Origin: a bacterium
GTDB taxonomy: Bacteria > Zhuqueibacterota > Zhuqueibacteria > Oceanimicrobiales > Oceanimicrobiaceae
NCBI GenBank assembly: GCA_037446635.1
Contig: JBBIIG010000033.1
Coordinates: forward strand, 1-48,783
Direction: 5' to 3'
DNA: 48,783 bases
Shown: positions 19,429 through 29,000 of the stretch, piece after piece
Layout of the letters: every line of letters begins with the position of its first letter
Numbering within the stretch: position 1 is the first letter of the stretch
Notes under the pieces: model-generated
The model's input: the letters and a program-made list of their open reading frames with translations, nothing else
Told to the model about the DNA's origin: nothing
Databases searched by the model: none
Translations under genes and position numbers: made by a program

Positions 19429-19581
19429 TTTAGGCTCCTGCCATAGTTAGAAAGTCACAGTTTGCTGTAATTGCAACTCTCTTATACGCAAATTCGAGCA
19501 AAGGTTTAGTACTGGATTAATGAAGTGTTTGATGCGTAGTCGCTCTGTTAACCGCAAACCGACTTGCCAGCGGCCAACTGC

Positions 19582-20529
19582 TCAAAGAAGGCTTCGAAAG
19601 TTTTCGCGCGAAACGTTGCCGCCGCTCAGCAGCGCCACCACCTTTTTGCCGGCCGCGGCAACTGTTCCCGAAAGCAGCGCCGCGACGCCCACCGCCCCCG
19701 ACGGTTCCACCACTAACTTCGCGTGCTCAAAAAGCAGGGCAGTCGCCTGTTTCACCGCTTCATCGGAGACGAGCACCACATCGTCCACGTATTTTTGAAC
19801 CAGCGCAAACGGCAGCGCGCCGGGCTTGGTGGCCACAAGGGCGTCACAAATTGTGTTCACCTGATCGATGCTCTGCAATTTCCCGGAGTGGAACGAAAGG
19901 TACATGGCGTTGGAACCTTCGGGCTGCACGCCGATCACTTTCACTTTCGAATTGCTTTCTTTTGCCGCCAACGCCACGCCGGCCAGCAGTCCGCCGCTGC
20001 TGATGGGCACGAGGATGACGTCAGCATCCGGAAGGTCTTCAAGTATTTCCAAACCGATAACGCCGTGGCCGATTATTACCTCAGGAGATTCAAAAGTATT
20101 AATTGCGGCGACGCCGCGCTCCGCCTGCAAACGGTCGAGCGTCTCCCAGCGCGCCTCGAAACGGTTTTCGCACAACACCACCTCTGCGCCGTACTGCTGG
20201 GTGCGCGCGATTTTGAAGGGCGCGGTTTTTTGCATCATCACCACCACCGTGGGAATGTTCAGCAGGCGCCCCATGTAAGCAAACGCGCCGGCGAAATTTC
20301 CGGAGGAAGAAATTGCAGCGCCCTTTTTTTTCTGCTCGGGCGCCAGCCGGTTCAAAATCGTGAACGCCGCCCGCGCTTTGTAGGAGCCGGTGATTTGCAG
20401 ATTTTCGGCTTTTAAAAAGAGAGCGCAGCCCATCAGATTTGAAAGCGCCTGCGAAAACAGCAGCGGGGTGCGCACGATCACCGGCGGCAGCTCTTTGCCG
20501 GCGGCGATGATGTCGTTGAGCGCGATCAT
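19582..20529 (-). CDS. PLP-dependent threonine/serine dehydratase (catabolic type, no ACT domain)
   Basis: RTPL, LKAENLQITGSYKAR, SSGN, VIGVQP, VEPSGA, LSGGN. Confidence 0.9.
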   Translation of the reverse strand: MIALNDIIAAGKELPPVIVRTPLLFSQALSNLMGCALFLKAENLQITGSYKARAAFTILNRLAPEQKKKGAAISSSGNFAGAFAYMGRLLNIPTVVVMMQKTAPFKIARTQQYGAEVVLCENRFEARWETLDRLQAERGVAAINTFESPEVIIGHGVIGLEILEDLPDADVILVPISSGGLLAGVALAAKESNSKVKVIGVQPEGSNAMYLSFHSGKLQSIDQVNTICDALVATKPGALPFALVQKYVDDVVLVSDEAVKQATALLFEHAKLVVEPSGAVGVAALLSGTVAAAGKKVVALLSGGNVSRENFRSLL

Positions 20530-21440
20530 CCGCTTGATTTGATCCCAAACAAATTTTTCACCACGTAACCAGCCATGCTCGGATTCTCTTTTAAACGCCG
20601 CACTGAGTATTCATACCACTGTTTGCCAAACGGCACATACACTCGCAGCTTGTAGCCTTCTTTCAAAATGATGCGGCGCAGTTCTTCGTCAACCCCCAGC
20701 AGCATTTGGAACTCAAACTTGTCTTTGCTCAATTGCAACTCGTCGATCAATTTGAAGGCGGCCCACACCAACTTTTCATCGTGGGTGGCGATGCCGACGT
20801 AATTACCGTTACTCAACAGTTCTTTCAAAAGATACTCGAAATTGGAATTGATGATCTGCTTGTCTTTGTAAGCAATTTCCCGCGGCTCGATGTAAATGCC
20901 TTTGCACAGCCGCACGTTGATTTTTTTGTGATTGGCCATCTGCGCGCGAATGTCTTGCAAACTGCGGCGCATGTACGCCTGAATCACGAAGCCGACGTTG
21001 TCGAATTCTTTTTTCAGAGCGCTGTAAATGTTCAGGGTGTCAGTAGTGCAGCTCGAATCTTCCATATCGATGCGCACGAAATTTTTGAACTCCCGCGCGC
21101 GGGCAACCAACTTGCGCATGTTTTGGAGACAAAAATCGAAATCTAGCTTCAGCCCCAACATGGTGAGCTTCACGGAAATGTTGGAATCGAGCTTCTCTTG
21201 AGAGAGCCGCTCCAATACCTGCAGGTATTCATTGACCGCGGACTCGGCTTCCTCTTTTCTGGTGATGTGCTCGCCCAACACGTCGATGGTGGCGCAGCAG
21301 CCCTGCTGGTTCAAATCGCGAACGACGCGCACGGCGTCATCTAAAGTTGGGCCGGCAATGTAACGGGAGGAAACGCGGCGAACAAAAAATCGGGGAACGA
21401 AAGGGATGGTCCAAACGACGAGCTTGTCGAAGATGTTCAA
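20526..21440 (-). CDS. Monofunctional proline dehydrogenase
   Basis: RYIAG, SVKLTMLG, RIDMED, VRLCKGIY, IATHD, EFQMLLG, YVPFG, RRLKENP. Confidence 0.94.
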   Translation of the reverse strand: MNIFDKLVVWTIPFVPRFFVRRVSSRYIAGPTLDDAVRVVRDLNQQGCCATIDVLGEHITRKEEAESAVNEYLQVLERLSQEKLDSNISVKLTMLGLKLDFDFCLQNMRKLVARAREFKNFVRIDMEDSSCTTDTLNIYSALKKEFDNVGFVIQAYMRRSLQDIRAQMANHKKINVRLCKGIYIEPREIAYKDKQIINSNFEYLLKELLSNGNYVGIATHDEKLVWAAFKLIDELQLSKDKFEFQMLLGVDEELRRIILKEGYKLRVYVPFGKQWYEYSVRRLKENPSMAGYVVKNLFGIKSSG

Positions 21441-21468
21441 ATGCGCTGCCTTTCTTTTTCTGAAAAAA

Positions 21469-21500
21469 AACCCGGACAGGTTTCGAACCCTGTCCGGGTT
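21469..21500. repeat. AACCC(T/G)GACAGG-type REP-like palindrome
   Basis: aacccggacaggtttcgaaccctgtccgggtt; related copies at 39353 and 46915. Confidence 0.75.
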
Positions 21501-22497
21501 AGGTGGCTCGTGACTCCCAAACTTCCGGGTTCAGCAAATTCGCCGGACGCTTGCCGCTCAAGCCGTCCACCAAATTCTGCGCGGCCATCGTCGCCATTTT
21601 GGTGCGCGTCTCGATGGTGGCGCTGGCAATGTGCGGCGTGAGCACGACGTTATCCAGTCCAATCAAGTCGGGATGAATTTTCGGTTCTTCCTCGAATACA
21701 TCCAGCGCCGCGCCGGCGATGACGCCGTTCTTCAACGCCCGCACCAACGCCGCCTCGTCGATGACCGGCCCGCGCGAGGTGTTGATGAGGTACGCGGTTT
21801 TCTTCATCAACTTGAACGAGTCGTCGTTAAACAAATGATGAGTGCTGGGGAACAGCGGCACGTGCACCGACACAAAATCCGACTCGCGCAGCAGTTGCTC
21901 GAACGGCACTTTTTTCGCGCCGACTTCTTTTTCGATAGTCGGATTGGCAATTTCATCCGCATAAAGTACGCGCAAGTTGAAACCGCGGGACTTGAGCGCC
22001 ACCGCCGCGCCAATTCGTCCCGCGCCCACGATGCCGAGCGTGCGGCCGGTGATGTCCGCACCTAAAAACATCATCGGGCCCCAGCCTTGGTATTTACCGG
22101 CGCGGGCAAATTTGTCGGACTCGACGATGCGGCGGCCCACGGCAAACAGCAGCGCCCACGCGTGGTCCGCGGTGGCGTCGGTGAGCACGCCGGGCGTGTT
22201 GGTGACCATGATGCCGCGCGCGCTGGCGGCTTTGACATCGATGTTATCGAAGCCCACGGCGTGGTTAGCGATGATTTTGAGCTGCTTGCCGGCGGCGTCC
22301 ATCAGCTCGCCGTCGATTTTATCGGTGAGCAAGGGCAACAGGCCATCGCGGCCTTTGACTTTTTGCAGCAGCTCCTCGCGGCTGAGAATGTGATCGTTCG
22401 TATTAACTTCCACCCGCTCGATGTATTTATGTAAAATATCCAGACCCGGCTGCGGAATGACGCGGGTGACATAAATGTTGAAGGGTAATTTGGGCAT
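21499..22497 (-). CDS. D-2-hydroxyacid dehydrogenase (glyoxylate reductase/D-glycerate dehydrogenase)
   Basis: AVGFDNID, NTPGVLTDATAD, GAGRIG, INTSRG, LDVFEEEP, TPHIAS. Confidence 0.93.
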   Translation of the reverse strand: MPKLPFNIYVTRVIPQPGLDILHKYIERVEVNTNDHILSREELLQKVKGRDGLLPLLTDKIDGELMDAAGKQLKIIANHAVGFDNIDVKAASARGIMVTNTPGVLTDATADHAWALLFAVGRRIVESDKFARAGKYQGWGPMMFLGADITGRTLGIVGAGRIGAAVALKSRGFNLRVLYADEIANPTIEKEVGAKKVPFEQLLRESDFVSVHVPLFPSTHHLFNDDSFKLMKKTAYLINTSRGPVIDEAALVRALKNGVIAGAALDVFEEEPKIHPDLIGLDNVVLTPHIASATIETRTKMATMAAQNLVDGLSGKRPANLLNPEVWESRAT

Positions 22498-22575
22498 TAC
22501 TACTCCATTTGTTCGCATCTGCTTTAAGGGCATAACGATCTTTATGCACAAAACACCATCAAGGTAAACAAACGC

Positions 22576-22737
22576 TTAGTCGCTTTTCTGCCTGTCGTCG
22601 GTTTTTTCCTTTTGGGGAGGTGGTGGAGGCGGAGTGTACTCTGGTTTTATCTCCTGATCTCGTGTCGGCGGGTTATAGCCTTCTTGAAAACGTCCCCGTT
22701 GAGTTTTGCCAGTATCTCTTTCTTTAGTTTTATTCAT
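22576..22737 (-). CDS. Small charged, proline-rich peptide (53 aa, below the ORF-track cutoff)
   Basis: MNKTKERDTGKTQRGRFQEGYNPPTRDQEIKPEYTPPPPPPQKEKTDDRQKSD; AAGGAG RBS; ATGA overlap with the upstream fragment. Confidence 0.65.
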   Translation of the reverse strand: MNKTKERDTGKTQRGRFQEGYNPPTRDQEIKPEYTPPPPPPQKEKTDDRQKSD

Positions 22738-22874
22738 GATCCTAGCTCCTTTTCTTTTGCTGTCTTTAGAAACTCTATTGAACTTATTTCAGTTGCATTT
22801 ACTAAAAATAGTCCATTTCCATTGGCCTTTACCTCCCTTCCCTCGACGACGGAACTTAATCGTTCAACTTGCGA
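22734..22874 (-). pseudogene. Start-less C-terminal gene fragment (DUF6338-like)
   Basis: ...VEGREVKANGNGLFLVNATEISSIEFLKTAKEKELGS*; AT-rich codons; no start codon. Confidence 0.45.
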
Positions 22875-23252
22875 TTATTTGGGAGCGGGTTTACTGTTCA
22901 GAAACTCGCTTTCAAGCAACTCCTTCACAATCACCGCATGATTGTGCTGCGCATCTTGGTTGCCATAAAGCAGCGTGATGGTGTTGCCGTTCGATTGCTC
23001 CGCCAACTCGCGCAGCTTTTGCTTCTTCGCCGAGTCGGACATCAACTCGTTCACATAAATTCTTTTGTATTCATCCCAATTGGAGGTATTGAAATGAAAC
23101 CGCTGCAAATCGTAGCTGGGCCCCAACTGGTGCAGCCACTCCGTCACTTTGGCGTCGCGGGTTTTTAAGCCTTCGGGCCAGAACAAATCCACCAAAAAGC
23201 GTTGGCCGTCTTCGGGAAGAGCCTTCGCATAAATACTTTTAACTTTTATCAT
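22875..23252 (-). CDS. DUF488 (YeaO-like) protein
   Basis: EDGQRFLVDLFWPEG, LGPSYDL, ITLLYG...HNHA. Confidence 0.85.
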   Translation of the reverse strand: MIKVKSIYAKALPEDGQRFLVDLFWPEGLKTRDAKVTEWLHQLGPSYDLQRFHFNTSNWDEYKRIYVNELMSDSAKKQKLRELAEQSNGNTITLLYGNQDAQHNHAVIVKELLESEFLNSKPAPK

Positions 23253-23580
23253 TCCCCTGCCCTTCTAACGGAAAGCCGGCGTTTTTCCACGCCTCTTTGC
23301 CGCCCTTCAAAGCCAGCACATTGGTGAATCCCAATTTTTGTAGAGTGCGGGCGGCCACCGCGCTCACGCTGGAGTTGGCGTCCTGAGAATAGATCACAAT
23401 CTGCTGAAATTTGCGGAATTGCTGCGGCGCCGTTTGCTCCAAAGAATTCAGCGGAATGTTCATGGCGCCTTTGATGTGTCCCGTCTGAAAATGTTCTGGG
23501 TTGGATACCTCGATCAATTTGAAAATTTCGCCGGCGTCGATTTTGGTTTTGAGCTCCTGCACATTGATCTCGGCCACCAT
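23239..23580 (-). CDS. Rhodanese-like domain protein lacking the catalytic Cys
   Basis: FQTGHIKGAMNIP, IVIYS, LGFTNV..LKGGKEAWKNAG; start codon uncertain. Confidence 0.85.
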   Translation of the reverse strand: MVAEINVQELKTKIDAGEIFKLIEVSNPEHFQTGHIKGAMNIPLNSLEQTAPQQFRKFQQIVIYSQDANSSVSAVAARTLQKLGFTNVLALKGGKEAWKNAGFPLEGQGNDKS

Positions 23581-23764
23581 GGGTTCGAGATGGCACAGGC
23601 GTTTCTCGGTTAAAATATCTTTGATTTGCATGTTTGAAAGAATGACGAAGAAATTTTTGCGCGGGTTGGTTTCATGAGCCGCGCCAATATAAGAAAACGA
23701 AAATATTTGCGCAACAGGAAAGTTGGAAGAAAATTTCATCGCGGAGAAACAGCGGCCGATTGAT

Positions 23765-24811
23765 TTATGATGAAACGGCGATGGTTTGCAAACCCAATTC
23801 GATGACCTTGAGCTGCAACGGCACGGCGGCGCTCAATGAAAACGGCTGAATTTGAAATGGATCGAAAACCGGCTGAACCGAGCGGCCAGCCAGTAATTCA
23901 GATCTCAGGGCGGGAATCTTTTCAGCAAATTCCAAATACGCCTGCGGCACACCTGGTTTGCGCGGCAAGATTTCTTTGTTGATGACGAACAGCGGCAGCT
24001 CGGTGACCAGACACAGCGGGTCGCCGAGGCTGCGGACAAATTCCATTGAGCTGTCGCGGAATTTTTTCGCGGTGGTGGGATCATTGTTGCTCGTAAAAAA
24101 TTTGCGCATGGCCGCGCCTTCGGGCGTCGTCCAAAATCCGGGCTCGATGTAGTGAAAACCCTTCTCGCCTTTGCGATCGTGGTCGTGCAGCCGCAAGCCG
24201 GCGGCGCGCACCGCCCCTTTAAATTGCTCGCGCAGCGTTTGCGTTTTATCGATCCAGCGGCGTTCGATGAGCAGCATCGCGCCTTCGGCGAAACCCATGC
24301 CGTGCAAGCTGGCGTGCAAAGCAAACGGCGCGTGCCGGCGCAGAAACTCGGAGACACAGTGGTTTTCCACGCGCATGTTCGGAAAGCCAAATTCGAGATC
24401 GCGGCCGGGCGGCTCGCGAAACGCATGCAGCAAATACGCTTCGGCTTCCGGCCATTTTGTGATCCAATTTTGATTGCGGGCTTCGCCGTCGGGATTGATG
24501 TGCGGGACGATCACGAATTGGAATTGCTCGAAAACATCCGCCAGCGAATCGCGCTGCTTCAGTCCCTCAATGATCAACGTCCGCAGGGTTTCCGGGCCCA
24601 CCGGTTCATCGGAGTGAGCGCCGGCAATCAAACTCACCCGGCGAGATCCTTTGCCCATCACCACCGCGTCGATCGGGCGGCCTTCTTCGCTGGCGCCAAT
24701 TTGCTCACAGGCGGCAAGGTCGGCGTTCTCCCGGCAGATTTGTTGGAGGAGCGGGCGGACGTCGTCGCTGGTGCGGAATTGCGTGTTTTTGACTTTTATA
24801 GAAGAAAGCAT
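23765..24811 (-). CDS. M14-family zinc carboxypeptidase-like protein
   Basis: GASEEGR, AGAHSDEPVG (HxxE), PHINPDG, SLHGM, TELP. Confidence 0.85.
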   Translation of the reverse strand: MLSSIKVKNTQFRTSDDVRPLLQQICRENADLAACEQIGASEEGRPIDAVVMGKGSRRVSLIAGAHSDEPVGPETLRTLIIEGLKQRDSLADVFEQFQFVIVPHINPDGEARNQNWITKWPEAEAYLLHAFREPPGRDLEFGFPNMRVENHCVSEFLRRHAPFALHASLHGMGFAEGAMLLIERRWIDKTQTLREQFKGAVRAAGLRLHDHDRKGEKGFHYIEPGFWTTPEGAAMRKFFTSNNDPTTAKKFRDSSMEFVRSLGDPLCLVTELPLFVINKEILPRKPGVPQAYLEFAEKIPALRSELLAGRSVQPVFDPFQIQPFSLSAAVPLQLKVIELGLQTIAVSS

Positions 24812-24831
24812 TTGAGTTGTTCGATTACGTT

Positions 24832-24859
24832 GTAGGGGCGCATGGCCATACGCCCCTAG
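24832..24859. repeat. GTAG-type REP-like palindrome (degenerate)
   Basis: gtaggggcgcatggccatacgcccctag. Confidence 0.65.
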
Positions 24860-24870
24860 ACTACGCTCGA

Positions 24871-25287
24871 TTACCGCCACAAAGCCAAAATGGAAGCCAT
24901 CATCAAAAATCCAACCAGCGTGTAGCCAGAATAAATCAGGTACAGCCGTTTGTTGCGGTCTTCATAAAAATAAGGCGGCGCCACGGTGGTTGCCACAAAT
25001 CCGAGCCAGATAAAAAAGCCGGTGGCGAGACCAGCCTCCAAAGTATCGGCGCCGGCGTAGTCCACAAACACCGCCAACACCAAGGCCGCCGCCAGCGAAC
25101 CGATGAAGCTGGTGATGTATGCTAAGGTCGCGCCGCCGCTTTGCTTAATCTGCTCTGCGGTTTTGCCCATGGCCGCTAACCAGGTTTTTGAAAACAACAA
25201 CGGCGAATACCAGAGTCCACCGAGGAGAAAATAAGCCACACCCGAAATGAGCACCGCAAAATAATTGATTTTAAACGTTGTCTCCAT
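24871..25287 (-). CDS. DUF1761-type membrane protein
   Basis: INYFAVL, LGGLWYSPLLF..W, four TM helices; GGAGG RBS. Confidence 0.85.
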   Translation of the reverse strand: METTFKINYFAVLISGVAYFLLGGLWYSPLLFSKTWLAAMGKTAEQIKQSGGATLAYITSFIGSLAAALVLAVFVDYAGADTLEAGLATGFFIWLGFVATTVAPPYFYEDRNKRLYLIYSGYTLVGFLMMASILALWR

Positions 25288-25420
25288 ACTCCCTCCATTC
25301 AATTGGTCAGTTGAAAAATACGACAATTTTGCCAAAAAATCCAGAACCCGGCCTCGAAAAAAAAGTTGTGATTTATAAGAAATTTCTTAATTTTGCATTC
25401 CAACACGAGGGCATGATTGA

Positions 25421-26317
25421 GTGGAGTTGATTAAAGAAATCGATTCGTTCCAACTGCAGCCGCTGCGCCACCGCGACGGCGTGCAGATGTTTCTCGATTT
25501 TTTCCGGCTGCGGCCGTCGGCCCGCGCGGGCAGGCAACTTCCGGACCGGCAATTTTTGTTGGAAATTCTCGAACGCTTCGCCGCCCTGCCCTACGAAAAC
25601 ATCAGCAAGATCATTCGGCTGCACGACAACTGGGACGGCCTCGAAAAATTGCGGCTGCCAGAACAGGTGATCGCCGATCACATCGCGCAGCGGTTGGGCG
25701 GCACCTGCTTCTCGCTGACTTTTTTTCTGCAGGCGATCCTGGCGCAGCACGGTTTTGCTTGCTATCCCGTGATGGCGGATATGCGCGCCGGCGCCAATAT
25801 CCACTGCGCGCTGCTGGTGATGCTGGATGGCAAAAAATATTTGCTGGACCCCGGCTACCTACTCAACTTGCCGATGGAATTGAATCCCCAAAAACCGCGG
25901 CTCTATCGCACGGAATTTGCCGGCGTGGAACTGCGCTTCGAGCCGGCGGCGCAAAGCTATCATCTCTTCACGTTCAACCAAGATGAAATGAAGTGGCGCT
26001 ACCGTTTCACGGATCGCCCGACGCCGGCGGACGAATTTCTGCGCCACTGGCTGGCCTCGTTCGGGCGCAATTCCATGAACGGCATTTACCTCAGCAAAGC
26101 CACGCGCAGCGGGTTAATTTACGTGCACAACACGTTCATGCGCGAAACCACATTTACCGGCAAACGCAACGTGAACATCAAAAAAAATTTTCACGCCGCC
26201 GTCACCGAAACCTTTGGCATTGCGCCGCAAATTATTGAGCAGGCGCAATGGGCACTGGCGGAAAACCTCGCCCGCCAAAAAAGCCGCGTCTTTGAAAATA
26301 ACCCTTACTGGAGTTAA
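25421..26317 (+). CDS. Arylamine N-acetyltransferase-like protein
   Basis: LPYENISK, GGTCF (Cys), IHCAL (His), LDPGY (Asp) catalytic triad. Confidence 0.82.
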   Translation: MELIKEIDSFQLQPLRHRDGVQMFLDFFRLRPSARAGRQLPDRQFLLEILERFAALPYENISKIIRLHDNWDGLEKLRLPEQVIADHIAQRLGGTCFSLTFFLQAILAQHGFACYPVMADMRAGANIHCALLVMLDGKKYLLDPGYLLNLPMELNPQKPRLYRTEFAGVELRFEPAAQSYHLFTFNQDEMKWRYRFTDRPTPADEFLRHWLASFGRNSMNGIYLSKATRSGLIYVHNTFMRETTFTGKRNVNIKKNFHAAVTETFGIAPQIIEQAQWALAENLARQKSRVFENNPYWS

Positions 26318-26318
26318 G

Positions 26319-27308
26319 ATGAAAACCTACAACGTCGCGATTGTGGGCGCCACCGGCATGGTGGGCCGAGCTTTCATTGCCATTTTGGAAGAACGAAATT
26401 TTCCCGTCGGGCAAATTCGCTTGCTGGCGTCGGAGCGCTCCGCCAGCAAACGGCTGGCGTTTCGCGGAAAAGAAATTCCGGTCGAAATTTTGAAAGAAGA
26501 TTCTTTCAAGGGGATGGACTTCGCGCTGTTTTCGGCCGGCGGCGCCGTCAGTTTGAAATTCGCGCCCATCGCAGCCGAGAGCGGGGCGACGGTGATCGAC
26601 AACAGCAGCGCCTGGCGGATGAACGAGAACGTGCCGCTGATCGTGCCGGAGGTCAATCCCCACGCGTTGAACAGCAAACACAAAATCATCGCCAACCCCA
26701 ACTGCTCCACCATTCAAATGGTGGTGGCCATTAAGCCGCTGCACGATGCGGCCAAAATCAAGCGCGTGGTGGTTTCAACTTATCAGGCCGTTTCGGGAAA
26801 GGGCAAGGCCGCCGTCGATGATCTCAAACGCGACGCCGCGGCTTATCTGCAAAATTCGACGCAATTCAATTTCAAGCAGCACGCCTTCAACGCCGTCCCG
26901 CACATCGATGTTTTTCTCGACGACGACTCCACTAAAGAAGAAACTAAAATGGTGAACGAGACGCGCAAAATTATGGGCGAACCGGAGCTGCCGGTCTCGG
27001 CGACCTGCGTGCGGGTACCAGTCGAAAATGGCCACAGTTGCAGCGTCAATTTGGAATTCGAGCGGCCGCTGGCGCCGCAGCAAGCGCGGGAAATTTTGCG
27101 CTCGGCGCCGGGCGTGATTGTGATGGATGATCCGAAAGAGCAGATTTATCCCACGCCGCTGTTTGCTTCCGGAAAGAATGAAGTGTTTGTGGGGAGAATT
27201 CGAAAAGACCTGTCCGTAAAATTCGGATTAAATCTTTGGGTGGTGGCGGACAACCTGCGCAAAGGCGCGGCGCTCAACGCGGTGCAAATTGCGGAGATGC
27301 TGATTTAG
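26319..27308 (+). CDS. asd: Aspartate-semialdehyde dehydrogenase
   Basis: VGATGMVG, DNSSAWR, ANPNCST, STYQAVSG, CVRVPV, DNLRKGAALNAVQIAE. Confidence 0.98.
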   Translation: MKTYNVAIVGATGMVGRAFIAILEERNFPVGQIRLLASERSASKRLAFRGKEIPVEILKEDSFKGMDFALFSAGGAVSLKFAPIAAESGATVIDNSSAWRMNENVPLIVPEVNPHALNSKHKIIANPNCSTIQMVVAIKPLHDAAKIKRVVVSTYQAVSGKGKAAVDDLKRDAAAYLQNSTQFNFKQHAFNAVPHIDVFLDDDSTKEETKMVNETRKIMGEPELPVSATCVRVPVENGHSCSVNLEFERPLAPQQAREILRSAPGVIVMDDPKEQIYPTPLFASGKNEVFVGRIRKDLSVKFGLNLWVVADNLRKGAALNAVQIAEMLI

Positions 27309-27339
27309 TTGAGACCCATCTTTGAGATGAGTCTCAACT
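27307..27339. terminator. Hairpin between convergent genes
   Basis: agttgagacccatc...gatgagtctcaact. Confidence 0.55.
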
Positions 27340-27345
27340 GGTGCT

Positions 27346-28086
27346 TCATTTCATCGCATCGCGCAGCGCCAGCTTCTTTTCGGCCACCAATTTGTTGGCG
27401 CGGTAGAGCGACTCGAAGGTGCCGGCGTCGGTCCACCAGCCGTCGAGAATTTCAAAAGTCATCTGGCCGCGCTCGATGTAGGCGTTGTTGACGTCGGTAA
27501 TTTCCAGCTCGCCGCGGTCCGAGGGTTTCAGCGTTTTGATGATTTTGAACACCTCCGAATCGTACATATAAATCCCGGTCACAATCAAATCGCTTTTCGG
27601 TTCTTTCGGCTTTTCGACAATCTGTTTGACTCTGTTGCCTTCTAATTCGGCCACACCAAAACGCCCGGGGTCGGCTACTTTTTGCAAAAGAATTTTGGCG
27701 CCGCTGCCCTGCTTCTTGAAATTTTCCACGGCGGCGCGAATATTTTTTTCGATAATGTTGTCACCGAGGATCACCACCACGCTGTCGCCATCCACGTAAT
27801 ATTCCGCCAGGCCGAGGGCCTCAGCGATGCCGCCCTCGCCTTCCTGGTACGTGTAATTAAGATGTTTTAGTCCGAATTCTTTGCCGTTACCCAACAGCCG
27901 CAGGAAATCGCCGGCGTTGTTGCCGCCGGTCACAATCAGAATTTCTTCGATGCCGGCATCCACCAGCGTTTGCAGCGGATAATAAATCATCGGGCGATCG
28001 TAAATGGGCAGCAGGTGCTTGTTGGTGATTTTGGTGAGTGGGTACAATCGAGTTCCTAAACCGCCGGCTAAAATCACGCCTTTCAT
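27346..28086 (-). CDS. Sugar-phosphate nucleotidyltransferase (glucose-1-phosphate thymidylyltransferase/SpsI-like)
   Basis: ILAGGLGTRLYPLT...NKHLLPIYD, LGDN, EKP, PSDRGELEITD, WWTDAGT. Confidence 0.93.
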   Translation of the reverse strand: MKGVILAGGLGTRLYPLTKITNKHLLPIYDRPMIYYPLQTLVDAGIEEILIVTGGNNAGDFLRLLGNGKEFGLKHLNYTYQEGEGGIAEALGLAEYYVDGDSVVVILGDNIIEKNIRAAVENFKKQGSGAKILLQKVADPGRFGVAELEGNRVKQIVEKPKEPKSDLIVTGIYMYDSEVFKIIKTLKPSDRGELEITDVNNAYIERGQMTFEILDGWWTDAGTFESLYRANKLVAEKKLALRDAMK

Positions 28087-28381
28087 AGATTCTTCCTTTT
28101 TTTAAATTGTGGTTCGAAGTCTCGACATATTACTTATCGGAGTGAAGCGATTCAACTTTACGGCTGCGCAAAAGCGAATTTAACATAAGGGATTTTCCGT
28201 GCAACTTTTTTGATCAACAAAAATCAGAAGCGCTTTCGATAAACAAACGCTGTGCCAGCGCATGCCCGCGCCGGCGGGCGGTTTCGCAAGGAGAAAATAG
28301 CTACGAAATTTGGGATTTTAATGAAAGATTGATTTATGAAGAGTGTTTACTATTGAGCGAATGTCCCTCGCTGAAACAAAC

Positions 28382-28412
28382 AAAAAAGGCCCCTTCTGTG
28401 GCGAAGGGGCCT
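28382..28412 (-). terminator. Intrinsic terminator of the YXWGXW gene
   Basis: aaaaaaggccccttc-tgtggc-gaaggggcct; U-tract on the minus strand. Confidence 0.75.
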
Positions 28413-28444
28413 CCGGAGTACGGCGCCTCACACAACCGAATCCG

Positions 28445-28765
28445 CTATTTTCTCACCCAGTGTCCGGGCACAAAATAAAATCCGCGCGGAGTCCTGACCC
28501 AGTGTGGCTGAACATAAGCATAATGGCGGCGAGCTTTGATCCAGTGGCCTTCCACCCAAACGTAACGGCCGCGATCATATTTCCAGTGCCCGGCAACCCA
28601 CACGGCATGGCGATGGGGTTGGGCGGGCCGAACCACCGTCACCGTTCGCACCGGCGGCGGTGGGCCGAACCGCAGATAAACGTGCACCCCGGCCAAACTC
28701 TCGGAGGGTGCGGCAAACATGCCTAGCACAAAAATGATGGCGATAACTTTCACGATGTGGCGCAT
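28445..28765 (-). CDS. YXWGXW-repeat secreted protein
   Basis: Signal peptide, GPPPP, VWVAGHW, YVWVEGHW, YVQPHW, FVPGHW; AAGGAG RBS. Confidence 0.9.
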   Translation of the reverse strand: MRHIVKVIAIIFVLGMFAAPSESLAGVHVYLRFGPPPPVRTVTVVRPAQPHRHAVWVAGHWKYDRGRYVWVEGHWIKARRHYAYVQPHWVRTPRGFYFVPGHWVRK

Positions 28766-28810
28766 TTTTCTTCTCCTTAGTATTCTCAAGTCATTACTGC
28801 ACGGCCAAAC

Positions 28811-28825
28811 GCAACGGCTGTGCCA
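28811..28825 (-). promoter_or_regulatory. Sigma-54 promoter of the YXWGXW gene
   Basis: TGGCAC-AGCCG-TTGC on the minus strand (consensus). Confidence 0.75.
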
Positions 28826-29000
28826 CACGAAGCTGGTCGCGTGCTATCTTTTTATGATTATTAGCACTTATCAGTTGCGGACTTTAAATGGTTTTTTTGA
28901 AGTAGGTTGTCCGAACGTGCACACGATGTACTCATTCGTCCATAACAAAGTTTTCAAAAGAGCACTTGATTTTATGGGAATGAATAGATTATTTTAGCCC

